IMG/VR virus record: IMGVR_UViG_3300020202_000063
Coordinates: 34,579 to 98,578 of that record
Direction: 5' to 3' (one strand)
Length of the DNA stretch: 64,000 nucleotides
DNA from: a virus
Made by a program: the position numbers and the translations under genes. Every line of letters begins with the position of its first letter. The stretch's first letter is position 1. Below, one piece after another: positions 55,381 through 64,000 of this stretch. A model generated the notes under the pieces. It was not told where the DNA came from and made no database searches. It saw only the letters and a program-made list of their open reading frames with translations.

Positions 55381-55557
55381 TGATAATAGGCTGGTCGCCA
55401 GTCCAGCGCGTTAGTTGTTGGTTCGGTAGGAGTTACCAACGAGCAAGCCCTACATCGCAAGCCCACGTGTCCCACGTTCGTTCAAATAGGTAATCACCTA
55501 TTTTCGCACTTAGCTATCATGCTTTACTACTTGCTAGCTTCCACGTCGCTATTATCA
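55381..55557. ncRNA. Candidate 177-nt structured element closed by a 9-bp inverted repeat
   Basis: TGATAATAG...CTATTATCA enclosing several hairpins and a possible pseudoknot. Confidence 0.45.
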
Positions 55558-55566
55558 AAAATAAAA

Positions 55567-55827
55567 TTACTTCGCCAACGTCAAACCGATGATGTTTTCG
55601 CGAATGCGCAATGCGTCTTCCATTTCTTCGGTATGCGCGGCATTAGCCGCCTGCAATTTCGCAATCACATTATCGTTGTTCGCAATAACACCCTTGTTCT
55701 GATTAACAAGTGCTTCGAGTTCTGACTTCACCTTGGTGAATGCCGAAACGATGTTATTGAGACGAAGCGGTTCGGGCGCGGGCGCAACAGCCTTACGGAA
55801 TGGATTCAGTTTTTTTATGAGGAACAT
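55567..55827 (-). CDS. Coiled-coil hypothetical protein
   Basis: 86 aa; TTGACG promoter upstream. Confidence 0.6.
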   Translation of the reverse strand: MFLIKKLNPFRKAVAPAPEPLRLNNIVSAFTKVKSELEALVNQNKGVIANNDNVIAKLQAANAAHTEEMEDALRIRENIIGLTLAK

Positions 55828-55903
55828 ATGGTTTAGAATTTGTATGATTAACTTATCGGGAAAAACACTATCAAATGGGACGGGGTTTCGTCAAGTAATT
55901 TTC

Positions 55904-56626
55904 TTAGTTTGTATTGGGTATTTCTACGTATTCCTTTTCCACCCGGAAATTACTTACGTTACTCTTTCGGAAGCAACGGTATCCGTTACGTAAAAAATCG
56001 AACCCACGATAATGAACGGGGTCTTCCTGACGATAATCAAGCGCAACGCGGCGCTTCGTTAGCACTCCCTGTTTTGCATAGTCGAAATAGGCAACATCTC
56101 GACAACGTAGAAAACGTCCATTCTTTCCACGTGGTGGTAGAATAACCCCATCAAAGCGCCCCTTGTTATCACGGGTCGGTTGGGTTAAATCTTTTTTACT
56201 AGCCAAAACATTATCGATAACCTTATCCATGGCCGCATTCACGGGTTTGGGTGTCAAATCATGCTTGCGCACGCCACCCACCACATTTGGGTCGAACGAA
56301 TAGGCGGTGACCTTTGGTTGTACTCGCTGATAGAGACTATTAAAAGTGGGAGGTACATTACCATCTCTATCTACATACGCTTTGTGAGGATTACTCCACT
56401 TATAACCAGCATTTAGTAAACTTTCTTCGGGGTCATCGTTGCTATACCGATTGAAATTATGACTGATACAAATTAGCTTATAGATACCATGCTTATTCTT
56501 TCTATTTACATCAATAAGCGCAACAATCGCTTCAGACGATAGATATCCACCTAAATTGAAAATATGGCCCGCCATCCTTGCGGCATGCAATCGTCCCGAA
56601 ACTGTCTCTGTACTTTGTTCAAGCAT
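55904..56626 (-). CDS. Protein with RxxxGRF repeats and C-terminal WYL-like domain
   Basis: RDNKGRF, RGKNGRF; FDY..RRV..GFDFLRNGYRCFRKSNV. Confidence 0.55.
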   Translation of the reverse strand: MLEQSTETVSGRLHAARMAGHIFNLGGYLSSEAIVALIDVNRKNKHGIYKLICISHNFNRYSNDDPEESLLNAGYKWSNPHKAYVDRDGNVPPTFNSLYQRVQPKVTAYSFDPNVVGGVRKHDLTPKPVNAAMDKVIDNVLASKKDLTQPTRDNKGRFDGVILPPRGKNGRFLRCRDVAYFDYAKQGVLTKRRVALDYRQEDPVHYRGFDFLRNGYRCFRKSNVSNFRVEKEYVEIPNTN

Positions 56627-56636
56627 TAGATTATCC

Positions 56637-56876
56637 TCAATATTTTACACTGTCCGTTGGTGTTTCATTCGTTTCAACCTCGGGTCGAGTATCATTCGAC
56701 CGGCGCTTGCTGAAATCTTCTGTAAGGCGTTCAGCGAAATACTTAATCGATTTTTTTTGTGCGGGAGTTACAATGCCGAGCGGATGCAGGCTTGCTGCGC
56801 GCTCAATCATATTCTTGATTTTCGACCGATATACGGGCGAATAGGATGGATTCGACTTTTTATTTTCCTGATTCAT
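56637..56876 (-). CDS. Hypothetical protein
   Basis: 79 aa ORF. Confidence 0.5.
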   Translation of the reverse strand: MNQENKKSNPSYSPVYRSKIKNMIERAASLHPLGIVTPAQKKSIKYFAERLTEDFSKRRSNDTRPEVETNETPTDSVKY

Positions 56877-56903
56877 GTAGTGATATTTCTAAGGTAAAAA
56901 ATT

Positions 56904-57674
56904 TTATTGCGCCACGTCAAGCACTTTCTGATATTCCAATTTCAAATAAGGGAAGTAGCAGCGTAGCAAGAGGTTATTCGCTATCTTCTCTGAGAAAGTA
57001 AAAGTGCGAGTGCGGCTTTCATATGCTGCGACAATTTCTGCATCATATTGCTTATAATCCGCTTCAAGCTGTTCGACCGAATAGCGTTCGGGTGTCGCCT
57101 TGATTTTCATCAGGTAATTATATTCGTCCGCCCCAAAATCACGGCAGTTCACAACATATATTTGATGGCGGAAAAAGTGAATACCGGTCCACAACAATCG
57201 AAGAAGGTGCGTGGCATTGCGATAACTATAACCGTAAGTGTTAAGTGATTCTTTGCGTTTGGAACCCAAGACACCGGCGCGCTCACCTTTTGCAAGACGG
57301 AATTCGCTTTGGGCATAGCCGCGCAATACATTGAACAACTTGCGACTATCGATTAGATTATGCGCTTCCGCCCTAAACAGGTTGAATTCGGGCGCGCACA
57401 ACGTAAATGAATCAGAGGATGCGAATAGCATTTCAAATGCCTCTGTATTACCTTGATGGAGTAAACGCACCCAAGCCGACAATTCCTTATAAACAATATC
57501 CTGCTGAATATTTGGATTTTGTTTACGATATTCCTCGTTCTTGGCTGTACCGATGATATGTTTGGCATCGGTGTTCATATACAAGCCGCGCACATCTATA
57601 TCCGAATTGTGTGTATTCAGATGATATAAGTGCGAGCCGCCCTTAAATTCACAAAGCTTCTTAATATTATCCAT
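56904..57674 (-). CDS. Pol-beta superfamily nucleotidyltransferase (RlaP/YcgL-like)
   Basis: GSHLY.LNT..SDIDVRG; N..E.LF; GY..SE; YGY..A.HLLRLL. Confidence 0.85.
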   Translation of the reverse strand: MDNIKKLCEFKGGSHLYHLNTHNSDIDVRGLYMNTDAKHIIGTAKNEEYRKQNPNIQQDIVYKELSAWVRLLHQGNTEAFEMLFASSDSFTLCAPEFNLFRAEAHNLIDSRKLFNVLRGYAQSEFRLAKGERAGVLGSKRKESLNTYGYSYRNATHLLRLLWTGIHFFRHQIYVVNCRDFGADEYNYLMKIKATPERYSVEQLEADYKQYDAEIVAAYESRTRTFTFSEKIANNLLLRCYFPYLKLEYQKVLDVAQ

Positions 57675-57675
57675 A

Positions 57676-58185
57676 TCAAAACATATCCTTTATTTCAATT
57701 TTCACACCCAAAATCTTCTTCGCTTGGAATACCGTTCTAGGGGTAATTCCAACATAAGGGTCAACGTGAATAAAATTGTTCCTTTGTGAATATAGCATGT
57801 CCGAATCATCATCTAAGATGATATAATTTGTATAATTGTAGTAAGGGCAACCAATCGCGGCTGGATTATCTTTCATCCAACAGAGAATTTCATTGCCGCG
57901 CACGATAGAATCGGCATCAGGTCCGCGCCGCAAGTCCTTCGTTTTATCAATTACTTCCCCTATAAAACCCTTACTAAGCAATATATCCTCAAGTTCCTGA
58001 ATAGTCCTATTAAGTCGCCAAGTAGAAGATACGACAACCTTTGCGTCGCTAGCCTGTACAATTTGATTGAGTAAAACAACACTATCTTCGTCTATATCAA
58101 TCAATCCCATCTTTTTACTTTTTGCATAAAAATGGGAGTTTAGCACTCCATCAAAATCCAAAAAAATTATAGGATTACCCTTCAT
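57676..58185 (-). CDS. HAD phosphatase (Swiss Army Knife RNA-repair-like)
   Basis: FLDFDGVLN, VVVSSTWR, RGNEI..W, YIILDDDSD. Confidence 0.85.
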   Translation of the reverse strand: MKGNPIIFLDFDGVLNSHFYAKSKKMGLIDIDEDSVVLLNQIVQASDAKVVVSSTWRLNRTIQELEDILLSKGFIGEVIDKTKDLRRGPDADSIVRGNEILCWMKDNPAAIGCPYYNYTNYIILDDDSDMLYSQRNNFIHVDPYVGITPRTVFQAKKILGVKIEIKDMF

Positions 58186-58376
58186 TCTTTTTGTTTTGTT
58201 GTCACGTCCGCTTTAACATTCATGGCGCTAAATACAGACCTGATTGCCATATCTACCATGCGACGACAGATTTCATTCAGCACCTTTTCCTTCTCTTCCT
58301 TCCCTATACCATCACAGGTGATAAGCGCGGCTTTCAACTCCTTAATATCTGTCTTTTCTATATCGTCAAATTTCAT
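58182..58376 (-). CDS. Hypothetical protein
   Basis: Start MKFDDI. Confidence 0.5.
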   Translation of the reverse strand: MKFDDIEKTDIKELKAALITCDGIGKEEKEKVLNEICRRMVDMAIRSVFSAMNVKADVTTKQKE

Positions 58377-58689
58377 GCGAACCTGCCGTTCCAAAAATTA
58401 CGGACTAAATTAAAAATACGAACAAACAAATTGGGCTTGGCTGGTTCCTCTACCTTATTACGCTTAATCTCAATTTGATAGTTCGGATATTTCTCCTGTA
58501 CCTTCTCATATAGAAAGTCGAGAGAAAGATTATTGGGGTCAATAAGATATTGCCACTCAACCCCACCCCCTTTCCAACCAAACCGTTTGCAGGTCTGATT
58601 GGCTGCGAAATGCGCAACGGCAAGGGCGTCAATTATAAAACTCTTACCCTCGCTCCTGTTAGTATAAATTCCACGTTGATATTATGCAT
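58373..58689 (-). pseudogene. Hypothetical gene with 1-bp deletion near its start
   Basis: ~100-codon open frame lacking a start; ATG CAT AA[A] TAT would restore it. Confidence 0.45.
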
Positions 58690-59017
58690 GTAAATCTTCC
58701 AGTTTTTGGGTGGCCCGCTTTGTATAGTCGGGCGCGCAAATCGTCATAGTGACAGTCACCAACTCCAATGCAATACCCTCAAGGTCCGTATGTTTTACGG
58801 CTTCGTCGGGACGCACGAAAAAATCCGCCTTACCAAGTAACGGCGTACTATATGGTATATCTGGGCCGTTTAAACGAGAATGCACCCAAAGATACTCGCC
58901 CGCTTTACAAGTGGTGCGAGAACTCTTTAAAATCCGCCAGCAATAATATGTCTGCGCGGTCTCAGTCGTTGGGGTCGTCATCGCTTGGCTTGGGCCACAG
59001 TCCGAGGACGATTCCAA
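58682..59017 (-). CDS. Hypothetical protein
   Basis: Start probably MTTPTT. Confidence 0.5.
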   Translation of the reverse strand: MESSSDCGPSQAMTTPTTETAQTYYCWRILKSSRTTCKAGEYLWVHSRLNGPDIPYSTPLLGKADFFVRPDEAVKHTDLEGIALELVTVTMTICAPDYTKRATQKLEDLHA

Positions 59018-59110
59018 CTAGAATAAGGAGGATTACCAGCACAACTCCTTAGACTCTAGTTGGTTTCGTCGTGTTCGAACTTTTTTCTGTCTTAAGTAAT
59101 TCTGAATCCG

Positions 59111-59995
59111 TTACTTGGATTTGACGAATTTACCATTCGTGCCGCGCACGTTATGGAAGCGCTGACCGCTAGGCTTAAGCCCAAACTGCGAGCGCTTAAC
59201 GAGCGGCTGAGATACCGCCGATTGTAGTGTCTTGTACTCGCCCACGAGTCGCATGCGGCAAGCAACCATCTTGGATGATTCGGCGTGAGCCACATTACAC
59301 ACATCCTGCGGGTCAATCTGAGCGATTAGGAGCCGCCCGCGACCAGTGTAAACGTTGTTCTGGTCGAAATCGCCATTCCAATAGTTCTTGTTGGCGACGT
59401 ACAGTCCAACCGTACCACACTCTTGTTCACCTTCACGAATCTCGTTACGAGGATACGTATATTCATACCCCACTCGGTAGATTTGGGTCTTACAATGCTT
59501 GCCATTACGCGTTTCGAAAAAGTGACCAGTTTTGTTGTACGGCGCTCTACCGTCCTTATCTACCAATTTGAATGCGGTAATGAATCCATCCTCAGTAATC
59601 GCAAGATGATTATGTTCGAGGAAGCTAAACAGCTTCGAACGCACGCCCTCGCTAACGTTCTTATACAGACGGTCCAAGAATCGCGCCAATGGCTCGAATG
59701 GCAATCCCTGCTTCAAAAAATCGAGAATGCGCATAGCGATTACACCATGTACTTCGGTGCCGTTATAGGTAACAGCATTATCGTACACACAAACCGCACC
59801 ATGACTGTAGCGCTGAATTGCACCAACCCGGTCCAGCAAATTAAGCAACCCGTTGTAATCACGCTTGCGATACAATTCAATTGCCTGTGGAAAACGGGGG
59901 TCGGACTTGGTAATGCTAAACTCGCGGTCCGCAATAAGAGTTAAAAAGTTCTGCGTGAGAATGACTGGATAGACTGTGGACTTTTTTGTAGACAT
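59111..59995 (-). CDS. rIIB: rIIB-like protein
   Basis: PL..FLDRL..N.S..LFSFLEH..L.ITEDGF..AFK; C..GL; IDPQDV..K..CR; follows rIIA-like gene. Confidence 0.8.
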   Translation of the reverse strand: MSTKKSTVYPVILTQNFLTLIADREFSITKSDPRFPQAIELYRKRDYNGLLNLLDRVGAIQRYSHGAVCVYDNAVTYNGTEVHGVIAMRILDFLKQGLPFEPLARFLDRLYKNVSEGVRSKLFSFLEHNHLAITEDGFITAFKLVDKDGRAPYNKTGHFFETRNGKHCKTQIYRVGYEYTYPRNEIREGEQECGTVGLYVANKNYWNGDFDQNNVYTGRGRLLIAQIDPQDVCNVAHAESSKMVACRMRLVGEYKTLQSAVSQPLVKRSQFGLKPSGQRFHNVRGTNGKFVKSK

Positions 59996-60058
59996 AATTT
60001 TCGTAATTTCGGGAGCTAGCGTTTCAGAACATATTACATATGTCAAGGTTTTATTTTA

Positions 60059-62299
60059 TTATGCTGCGATTATCTGGGTTTGTGTAACTGGCGCTGGGCT
60101 AGCAATTTGTGTTGCTCCACGCAGCGCACGCATCTGATTTGCAAGTTCAACTGTTTCGATATAGTCCCGCACTAACGGAATTTCAGTTCCGCTAATGTAA
60201 GAAAACCGTTCAAGCAGCGGATAAGCGGCAACAACCTTTTTCCATTCATCCACCATCGAATACGTTGGCTTGTTTGGTAGCTCCGCGATTTTCGAAGTCA
60301 AACGTTGTAATGCGTTACGAATTTCGCGGTCCTTCTCAGCCTTTTTTGCGGCTAACTGAATCGTCTTTGCCTTAGTAATATAATCGTTTAGAATTGTACC
60401 AGAAAATGTTACGTTATACATTAATTGGTGCTTCAGATATTGTGCCTGTTCCGAATCAACAATATTCTGCGCAGCAACGGGGCTGAATTTTACATTACTA
60501 CAGGCTTCCTCAATATACTTGTCCAATGTAATCCAGTCTGCCGACGCTTTAATTTCATCTAAAACGGGGGGATTTTTACCCGTTAAAGAACTCTTGATTC
60601 CATATACTTTAGGAATCTGCTTAATAAGATTCAACTTTAACAAATATTCAAGGTTTTGTTGAATCCTCTCATTAGAATGTAAATAGGCGTTGGGCGTGAA
60701 CCCGCGAATAGTCAAATAAACGCCACCTTCATCCACGTCGATTTCAGTGGGTTCCCACCAATCCGAATTCTTATCTCGATAAGCATTTGGTTTCTTTGGA
60801 ACAAACTGGAATAACTTCAACCGGTGCTTTTCATTATGGTCACCGGGTGAAATATCGCTTGCGTCGCGCTGGACAACAATCTCACTGGCTTTTTCAAATA
60901 TGCTATCATCGGTGCCATTAATCTTGTGAAACTCCTTACGTGCCTCATCACTCTTGAAACGAATTGCATGATAGTATGAATCACGCATGGCGGGGTTCTT
61001 ATTTCCATCGGTTTTTAAGCGAAACCCGATGCGATACTTTGCGCCGCGACCACCATCCAAATCATTTATAAAGAATTTGTTGTAATTTGTGGCTTCCAAA
61101 GATGGGTTGCTATCGTACTCTTTAACGCGCCAATTACCACGCATATATGATAAACAAAACGATTTAGCCGAAACACCATCAATCCAAATAGTTTTGTTTT
61201 TGTCGGATGGATTTTTGCGCCCACACCACAAATACTCATCTTCAATTGGAATACCTTTCCAGCTAACTGTTGGGGTATCACCTAACACTTTACCGATTTT
61301 ATGTGCCTGCCCGCCATAGCGAAAATACGACTTATAGAGTTTTTTTGCTTCAAGGATATTGGCGCACTTGTCGAAATCCTTTTGAATTACACTCTTTACT
61401 TCTTTTTCGATTTCATCCAATCGAGTCTTAATTGCCTTCACCGTTTTATCGTCATAATTCAATCCCTGACGATTGGTTTGAGGCGTAATTTCACTTGGAC
61501 CAAAGACGAGTGTAATACCCATATCGGATTCGAGAAAATCCAATTGGGTGTTTGTAAGACCGGGAATATCGCGCGGCTCAATCTTGTACCAATAGATACC
61601 ACCAACGGCAACCGGATAGTCCAACGACTTATCGAGCCACCAATTAGTCCCACTGAGGCTCTTATCGATTGCTTGAAATTGAAAGTTTGGAACTCCCTTT
61701 ATAATGGGGCGTGGATTATAATACTTGAACGCGCGGTGGGTTGCCTCAATAAAGGCGGGTATATCTTTTTCTTGGACTGGAACAGTAACTTCAACCCCAT
61801 TTGGTTCTGCCGAATCTTGGGTGTTGACATGTACAATCTCGGGTAGTCCATCTCCATTCATGAAGACCGAATACGAACGCCGCTTGCCATTATCATAACA
61901 GGCGAGGGTATAAGTATCCGAAAGGGCCAGCGCGATTAGCTTGCCAATACCGTAGCCGCCCGCTTGATTCTCATCGGTATCCTTGGTCGAATCGAACGCC
62001 GTGCAATAGCGTTCCATTACAAACTCATGTGACATGCCAATACCGGTATCACGAATCACCAATTGTGGCTCCAATTTGGATGGAAGCCGAACGGTGAACG
62101 GTTCATTGGCTTTTCCCGCCAACTTCATCGAATCAAAACAATTCTGACCCAATTCCTGTAGCGTACCCAAAATCGGGTTAGAATACAGATTCTTCGTCAG
62201 AATTGCAAACAGTTTACCATCGGCCTTGATACCAAAGGCATTCCGCTGCGATTTCTTGATATTGGTTTCGACCGTAACGGGATTCTGATTGATAATCAT
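60059..62299 (-). CDS. rIIA: rIIA-like protein (GHKL ATPase N-terminus), leaderless
   Basis: LYSN..EL..N..DS, IRDTGIGMS, STK..GGYGIG, NGVEV.VPV, RQGL.YD..T. Confidence 0.85.
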   Translation of the reverse strand: MIINQNPVTVETNIKKSQRNAFGIKADGKLFAILTKNLYSNPILGTLQELGQNCFDSMKLAGKANEPFTVRLPSKLEPQLVIRDTGIGMSHEFVMERYCTAFDSTKDTDENQAGGYGIGKLIALALSDTYTLACYDNGKRRSYSVFMNGDGLPEIVHVNTQDSAEPNGVEVTVPVQEKDIPAFIEATHRAFKYYNPRPIIKGVPNFQFQAIDKSLSGTNWWLDKSLDYPVAVGGIYWYKIEPRDIPGLTNTQLDFLESDMGITLVFGPSEITPQTNRQGLNYDDKTVKAIKTRLDEIEKEVKSVIQKDFDKCANILEAKKLYKSYFRYGGQAHKIGKVLGDTPTVSWKGIPIEDEYLWCGRKNPSDKNKTIWIDGVSAKSFCLSYMRGNWRVKEYDSNPSLEATNYNKFFINDLDGGRGAKYRIGFRLKTDGNKNPAMRDSYYHAIRFKSDEARKEFHKINGTDDSIFEKASEIVVQRDASDISPGDHNEKHRLKLFQFVPKKPNAYRDKNSDWWEPTEIDVDEGGVYLTIRGFTPNAYLHSNERIQQNLEYLLKLNLIKQIPKVYGIKSSLTGKNPPVLDEIKASADWITLDKYIEEACSNVKFSPVAAQNIVDSEQAQYLKHQLMYNVTFSGTILNDYITKAKTIQLAAKKAEKDREIRNALQRLTSKIAELPNKPTYSMVDEWKKVVAAYPLLERFSYISGTEIPLVRDYIETVELANQMRALRGATQIASPAPVTQTQIIAA

Positions 62300-62355
62300 G
62301 GCGAAACTGTGGACGCGAAAATTGCATCCGTCAAGATTTTTTTTGAAAAATTGTA

Positions 62356-62838
62356 TTACGCTGCGGTACGGTATTCGGCCAAACCCACCTTATCGATGCC
62401 GTACATGAAATTGATTCGCGATACCTTATCCATAAAAGATTGGACTAATTCTGCCGCTTTTGATTCAACCGCACACTCGTCCCTAATGGGAAGTTTAATG
62501 TCTTCAACATGTTCGTAGGTAAACGGCTCAACGAGATTATTTATAATTACCTGCGCCCTATAGTAGTCCGTTAGTGCTTTCGTAAGGTTTTCTGCTGTCG
62601 TGCACACATAATAAATGCTGCCCAACCCCAAACTAGATAACTTCGTTCTCTTCGAAAGTCCAAAATTCCTAACAAGATTTTGGCATCGTCTTATAAAATC
62701 GTAATCTCCTTTAAAACCGAGGGCAATCCCTTTCCCGTAGGAACTAATTAGAAATTCGCCTGTTTCTTCTTCAAGTTTAATATATTTGACATTATTTTCA
62801 GTCATATGTGAGTCGCATGAACTGGTCGGTCCATACAA
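62356..62838 (-). CDS. Hypothetical protein
   Basis: Start probably MTENNV. Confidence 0.6.
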   Translation of the reverse strand: MYGPTSSCDSHMTENNVKYIKLEEETGEFLISSYGKGIALGFKGDYDFIRRCQNLVRNFGLSKRTKLSSLGLGSIYYVCTTAENLTKALTDYYRAQVIINNLVEPFTYEHVEDIKLPIRDECAVESKAAELVQSFMDKVSRINFMYGIDKVGLAEYRTAA

Positions 62839-62847
62839 CCGATTTAA

Positions 62848-63105
62848 TCAGGCAACCCTATAACATTTTAAAGCCCTTTCGAAAGCTTTAAAATTGGTAT
62901 CAGGGTCCAATGGGTGCTCCAACAGGTGTTCTTCTCCCGTTACATCCTTAAACTTATCCCTGAACTCGATTTCAAGTTTATCGGGCATCTTTTCACCCTC
63001 TGGCTCAAGTATATACCCGAAAAAATTGCTGGCTAGATTGGCCCACAAATCAACTTCTGGTGTTTGAGTCAGAGTATAATCACTTATTTTATATACCTTA
63101 ATCAT
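62848..63105 (-). CDS. Hypothetical protein
   Basis: 85 aa ORF. Confidence 0.6.
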   Translation of the reverse strand: MIKVYKISDYTLTQTPEVDLWANLASNFFGYILEPEGEKMPDKLEIEFRDKFKDVTGEEHLLEHPLDPDTNFKAFERALKCYRVA

Positions 63106-63111
63106 TTGTTT

Positions 63112-63324
63112 TTAACCGGCGGTATCGTGTAGCAACTTTTTCAAGTTTGCAATACGTTTTTTAGAACCGAAAAGTAGATTGGCGGTTTCCACCGACAAAC
63201 CCTCGTCATTATATACGTGGCCGTTAGTAACGGCCCAATTTAACCACTTACCAAGAAGAATGATAGATGAACTGTCATTCCTCTGAACCTTCCGCGCTTT
63301 CTTGATATCCGATTGTTTTTCCAT
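63112..63324 (-). CDS. Hypothetical protein
   Basis: 70 aa ORF. Confidence 0.5.
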   Translation of the reverse strand: MEKQSDIKKARKVQRNDSSSIILLGKWLNWAVTNGHVYNDEGLSVETANLLFGSKKRIANLKKLLHDTAG

Positions 63325-63502
63325 GTTTGTCGAGATTGTAATTTATTCTAGCGCGTATCTCGGCAATTTTCTTACGTGTTTTCTGTCGCAGACTTGTGAG
63401 TTCTTTTGATTCACGTTTTAGACGCTTCAATATGAATTTTTCCCGTAGTAGCTCTTGCGAGAGAAATTCCAGTGTATCGATAACGTCTTTCTTTTGGTCC
63501 AC
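63275..63502 (-). CDS. Basic coiled-coil hypothetical protein
   Basis: GTG start after GTGTAATATAATAC motif. Confidence 0.5.
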   Translation of the reverse strand: MDQKKDVIDTLEFLSQELLREKFILKRLKRESKELTSLRQKTRKKIAEIRARINYNLDKHGKTIGYQESAEGSEE

Positions 63503-63520
63503 GTATTATATTACACGTAA

Positions 63521-63742
63521 TTATGCCGACTTTTTTGGTGCACGTAGCGGTTGATATGCATCATTCTCTGCATACTGTGCGAAAATTTCGCCGCCGAAGC
63601 GCCCCGCATTTTGGCGCGCATAAAAAAGCGCTAAATCGCAACCCCACCGGTCTGGGCCGGGAGAAGTATTATATGAGGCACTGTAACCAAAATCGGTTTG
63701 CCCCGGATTAATCACAATGTAACGAATAGGTTTGTTGTTCAT
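63521..63742 (-). CDS. Hypothetical protein
   Basis: 73 aa ORF. Confidence 0.55.
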   Translation of the reverse strand: MNNKPIRYIVINPGQTDFGYSASYNTSPGPDRWGCDLALFYARQNAGRFGGEIFAQYAENDAYQPLRAPKKSA

Positions 63743-63757
63743 GAGTATGAAATTGTA

Positions 63758-63991
63758 TTACTTTGATTCGATATATTGCTTCATCCATTCGACTTCGGCA
63801 ATAGCATCGGGTTCATGATATGCTACCAAATAGTAATCAGGAAAACGGTCGTCCGGTCTCCACAATTCGCCATAAAAAATCTCAACGTTTGTGCGGCGCT
63901 TAAATGTAGCAAGGAATTCCTTATACAAATCTTCAAGTGCTTCGAATGCATCGTTACGACGCCTAAAATTTGAAATTAGAGTTCGATTCAT
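63758..63991 (-). CDS. Hypothetical protein
   Basis: 77 aa ORF. Confidence 0.55.
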   Translation of the reverse strand: MNRTLISNFRRRNDAFEALEDLYKEFLATFKRRTNVEIFYGELWRPDDRFPDYYLVAYHEPDAIAEVEWMKQYIESK

Positions 63992-64000
63992 TGTATTTTA

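Noticed and set aside
55389-55540. Y RNA (GGCTGGTC...CTAGCT resemblance on plus strand)
   Set aside because: Pairing is short, the bulged-C helix is not convincing and no Ro60 gene is in the window
58373-58684. Stop-codon readthrough or alternative genetic code
   Set aside because: TAA, TAG and TGA all terminate well-packed genes; one missing A explains this frame

Overview
64 kb of a large tailed dsDNA phage genome (standard genetic code, few Shine-Dalgarno sites; a Verrucomicrobiota/PVC host is suggested but unproven). 1-19.2 kb is the virion module: portal (5'-truncated), protease/scaffold, decoration protein, major capsid, tail and fibre proteins, many preceded by a shared GTGTAA putative late-promoter motif. 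19.3-26.1 kb is an accessory block (PhoH, Hsp20 with a sigma54-type promoter, ATP-grasp, endo VII, YopX, methylase-like). A non-coding convergence zone at 26.1-26.7 kb looks like a genome terminus. From 26.8 kb to 64 kb about 90 mostly small minus-strand early genes follow (DUF932, DUF3846, L7/L12-like domain, two HTH paralogues, Gp88-like, lysozyme, nucleotidyltransferase, rIIA/rIIB). The most unusual content is at 30-42 kb. It holds a chain of short, largely leaderless transcription cassettes, each headed by the same 16-bp palindrome abutting a -35 box. Embedded in it are a tRNA(CAT), a 229-nt CCA-ending RNA built on a tRNA scaffold with large D-loop and anticodon-loop insertions, and a ~325-nt structured RNA with a tRNA-like 3' domain flanked by basic micro-ORFs. 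The lysozyme carries His at the T4 lysozyme Thr26 position. Several single-base homopolymer frameshifts are probably assembly errors. All family assignments come from motif recognition by eye, not database searches.
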